Assembly (NCBI GenBank): GCA_022813865.1
Contig: JALDZX010000007.1
Span: 310,001-374,000 of the forward strand
Length of the DNA: 64,000 nucleotides
Direction: 5' to 3'
Source of the DNA: Xylographa opegraphella
Taxonomy: Eukaryota
This document shows, piece by piece, positions 62,401 to 64,000 of the stretch. The notes under the pieces are model-generated. The model saw only the letters and a program-made list of their open reading frames with translations. It was not told where the DNA came from and ran no database searches. Both the position numbers and the translations under genes were made by a program. Position 1 is the stretch's first letter. The number at the start of each line of letters is the position of its first letter.

Positions 62401-64000
62401 GTGGGTAGTAGATGGTAATGCGGAAACAGATCTCGAGCGGTTGCGTACTAGAGATGATCTTGGCGGCTTTCCTTTTGCAGATGCTGTAGACAGAAACGAA
62501 CCCTTTCGAGTTGCCGCTGGAGTACGGACAGTGAACTCATATCCTTTCGGGCGGAAGAGGTCGGAACGAGCGGCTAACGAACGGTGACTCCGCAGAGGTT
62601 TGGGCATTACTGGATATGGCATTGCTGGTGGCCGGATCCTGGTACCCTGGCGACGAGGCTCCAGGATCAAGCCAGGAGAGCAATCTTGCATAAGCCAAGG
62701 GGTTCTATCGGTCCTTATATCATGAAGTCTAACGTGGTCTTGTTGGAGCCGCCTCATTTCTGTTAGACGCGGGCTAGCTCCTATCATTCGTACATCAACA
62801 GAAGTTTCTATGAATCCCCACGTAATAACGCTTGGGTGGAGCTGTGTTCGATGCCGAGATGCCGATTGTGAGTCCACACATGCGAGTGTCAATCGAGGTA
62901 TATCTAATTGAAGACGATCTGAGAATAAAGTCCCTGCCCAGTCATTGAACTCAACCTTGATCATTTCCGTGCTGAAAAGAAACACCGAATTCTGCACATG
63001 GACCCATATTCGGATAGGTTCAATCTTAGCACGGAGAAAGGTAACGTCGTGTAAAATAAGTGGGTCGAACGGGGGCAATGCGTTTTCTTCATCGCCAAAC
63101 GTGAAAGCAATGCATTTCAATGCTGAAAAGAGCGTTGACAGTACATCAATAGACGTTTCGCCCCTCACTTGACCAATTGCAAAGTCCCAGTTGCATACAT
63201 AGGTAGGCTCTGTAGGTGGAAGCCCAAAAAGCCGATGGCTGGAGATCACAATTCCGTCAATAAAGATCGGGGAACTCGACTGTTGCACCGTTGCGAAGGT
63301 TTGAGAAACATCAGTAAATGCTCGTGAAGCGGCGAGAGGGCTAAAGGACGCCTCAAGGTCCATGTAGTAATTAGTGAAGCGAATATCCATGGCAATGGAT
63401 GAAACATCGATTTTAATGTTATCCCTGGCTGAGTAAAGATTTGCTGGCAGCATGAGACAAGCGCCTTCAGCAATTACACCCAATATAACGTCCAGGTCAT
63501 TGCTAACCTTCGCAGGCAGATTGTCTCCTGCAGCATCTATCCCTGGCTTTGTTGATTTGGTGATATGCTGCTGATACTCCTCTAGCGTTTGGAAGTGTAA
63601 GTCCTCGCCGAAATAATTGTCTTTGATCTTAATGAAGTACCGGATTAAAAATCCATAAAGATGGACCGTAGGTGCAATACCCTGAAGATTCAACACTAAG
63701 GTATCTGTCAAACCCTCAGCGATTGTGGTGCAATAACTATAATAACCATCGAAGCTGAGATCCTTCAACGTGGCGACCTCAGGATCATCAAGTAACGTAT
63801 GCTGCGTATTCCATGTCGGCGTACACAGTGAGAATCCTCCATGAAATGCATTAACATCGAAGAGGACTTTACTCTTCAAGGGCCTGTACTCAATGAGCGG
63901 AATGCTTAGGTTGACATTCAATTTATCGCCCCACACAACAACGAAGGCATTGTCATCCAGATCGGAAGGATTGTTTATGATATTAGAATCGTTGACATTA
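56488..64000 (-). CDS. CSF1: Csf1 bridge-like lipid transfer protein (BLTP1/Tweek family), 5' end outside the window
   Basis: >2480-aa intronless frame; HRLFGLPPTEPTYVCNWDF, LSCQPIAKVAA, C-terminal PIIETPQLRDMGEATPPLEWIGL..LP. Confidence 0.92.
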   Translation of the reverse strand, partial: NVNDSNIINNPSDLDDNAFVVVWGDKLNVNLSIPLIEYRPLKSKVLFDVNAFHGGFSLCTPTWNTQHTLLDDPEVATLKDLSFDGYYSYCTTIAEGLTDTLVLNLQGIAPTVHLYGFLIRYFIKIKDNYFGEDLHFQTLEEYQQHITKSTKPGIDAAGDNLPAKVSNDLDVILGVIAEGACLMLPANLYSARDNIKIDVSSIAMDIRFTNYYMDLEASFSPLAASRAFTDVSQTFATVQQSSSPIFIDGIVISSHRLFGLPPTEPTYVCNWDFAIGQVRGETSIDVLSTLFSALKCIAFTFGDEENALPPFDPLILHDVTFLRAKIEPIRIWVHVQNSVFLFSTEMIKVEFNDWAGTLFSDRLQLDIPRLTLACVDSQSASRHRTQLHPSVITWGFIETSVDVRMIGASPRLTEMRRLQQDHVRLHDIRTDRTPWLMQDCSPGLILEPRRQGTRIRPPAMPYPVMPKPLRSHRSLAARSDLFRPKGYEFTVRTPAATRKGSFLSTASAKGKPPRSSLVRNRSRSVSALPSTTHSASFSSPRRAPSKSISQASRKPSRYDQGGNIRLFDGPPPSNVIFASSYEAPYFPLQFIEPDMRDVPELPEANPKDSVILYPEDGEWQAPETGSAHTTFMIRLNRGIQVLCTPQALQAVSNALEALQPKDPVTILDEIQLCAMADVQKKKKKQTSSVMEILQIRLEVPSISLRFTSSASSARNEKEEHQTYDLAALEFKLIGRLTTNLVDPCISTKIASHLSLKWLGVVVQGKAEGGSADTARIDVNLYDATSWLVKDQQITGETQLKQFDIVNLNRDVAILAMLFDRTTTLVETIPSQFQETLRTSTIHQSFLVHRLTTLGENLTDPTLLTSASYVLRSAIDHPRSSDTWKMISRLRYILQCLPPKSMQQLSGMLLNHSVTLPKNAMEEVITYFNHWRSWDLDHVRASSLITTVFGSATRGDVHPQTLITSSLRALLKIGTIRLVLGPGPEQNEIIVEELAAEIQFCHTSTSQSAVRTLSVDIFCSNTQLHLNWDILELVEGMLRQRGNPPSLAIKPDSTVSEEFFDKCNYDINFSFIVEQSRFAFKSINLKGDIIGHSIKASFMLLGSISGDFTIVSTLNADMISSDLSSKAKVLITSRMESPTIHASLQRAQKRQETDLEINTWQLAALSKDLHVNVEEDLLGLLGAIDSTLGDEVAYLYQLLEDLSGPALGGPPLALAAKQKIHRLSIVLLLDTYTLTATILSSLRYSLGGKVIRTSVKTGERSSDGIVIDFDVKSHSHTFLSNSRETVREIANLRAPPINGRVHLSNSIDYPSLNVFWSAEKIILDASAVYALLSTISRSEISAFGRNLGQDIQLVQTHFDNISQTTKRVQSSPVAKASNVLYNVRGTAAGLIVNTVSGREMDQSARLGFELNSVCLHISNKNTHTKQILLFPEIRVNILEVRLYLERIDSQETYPCGEITLVAAFHGTSRRNDAMERVRSYQISSDRLEINLYTETASILVDIFGHLQNKFKTVDFSQEVRGIRARRRFRRQSQALLLVSSTAESLVPVEPLPASLFTSMYSLEMGNIEVSWRVGDLTPISPSHEAEDLVLSIKKIDLATEKGNAARLIIEDFQLQMVPASQSKLVRSYNSALLPEVAFNVAYLSGPKDRRLAFRAAGKSLDLRLTSQFILPASHLQRSIALASEELRKVVAGWNASLPHSGGQSRNILGKKRISSLLVDADFAGAVVYIQGRKVSDSKSNVPNYLSGGRLPQHGRYGQFTSEDASSSTTLRAPGLAWKIEYKDAGIDDPSLNAEIKVDASTNVLYPTVVPLILEISSSIKEIVGETEEVQAPKDSRTSSSKFLGDDKLRATDPTAILGNCSLNLGLRICRQEFTLSCQPIAKVAATAQFEDIYITVNTVQAADQRFFAVGAVISRLQASVQHVYSRESTGSFDVDSISLSLMNSKHVSNVKGLSAILKFSPMNVIINAKQLQDFLLFREIWVPLEMRQSNPPSATLSTNDSQMFVVQRYQQVAATGSFLWDAALSITKLEVQLDLGQAVGKSTFSISSFWVSSKKTSDWEQNLCLGFDKVGVDSTGRMSGFIELQKLCLRTSIKWSAAEERSTNQTPLIQASLNFDDLRIKALFDYQPFLVADLLTLDFLMYNVRDVSGDGGDRLVAIVNGDKIQAFITSKSSAQALALYQAMQRLIQEKQAAYESSLKDIEKYIRRNSTAVPFTVRAVIDRQKREDEAIRYTANQLHTSVVVTLKAINIGAYPSTFFDHQIFKLEALNALARFTVSLEHGKVRSGLGLTLGQLRIALSVVANPSVPKTLGDVTVDEVVRSATGSRGGTVLKVPKVVASMQTWQIPDSNHIDYIFRSSFEGKVEVGWNYSRISFIRGMWSSHSRALAQRLGKPLPPSALQITGGPRPSSEGDNERAAPGDEEKITAIVHVPPSKYDYTALEPPIIETPQLRDMGEATPPLEWIGLQRERLPNLTHQIVIVSLLEVAREVEDAYSKILGSSQKSA

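Overview
Gene-dense eukaryotic DNA from a filamentous ascomycete (Pezizomycotina-type short GT-AG introns with CTAAC/CTGAC branch points; the taxon cannot be fixed from sequence alone). About 23 protein-coding loci, annotated by eye from motifs with no database searches. Housekeeping genes: PEP7/VAC1, MET8, METTL16-like methyltransferase, BMS1, PDK/BCKDK-family kinase, RBM26/27-like protein, EF-2 and partial CSF1. Metabolic genes: GH5, lactose/cellodextrin-type permease, JEN1, GNAT and an NAD(P)-binding protein. Two accessory-looking blocks: (i) ~21.4-27.6 kb, with decayed ORFs and an intact HET gene; (ii) ~37.2-46.1 kb, with an NLR-like gene whose NB-ARC appears truncated and fused to ankyrins, a KP4-like secreted protein, an L-amino-acid-oxidase-like gene and a Cys-rich secreted gene. 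Two small spliced genes absent from the ORF track were reconstructed. The most unusual DNA-level signals are a diverged ~300-bp inverted repeat bracketing the GNAT gene and about a dozen C-rich-to-G-rich skew-switch islands that ignore gene orientation. No rRNA, tRNA, CRISPR or intact transposon was seen.
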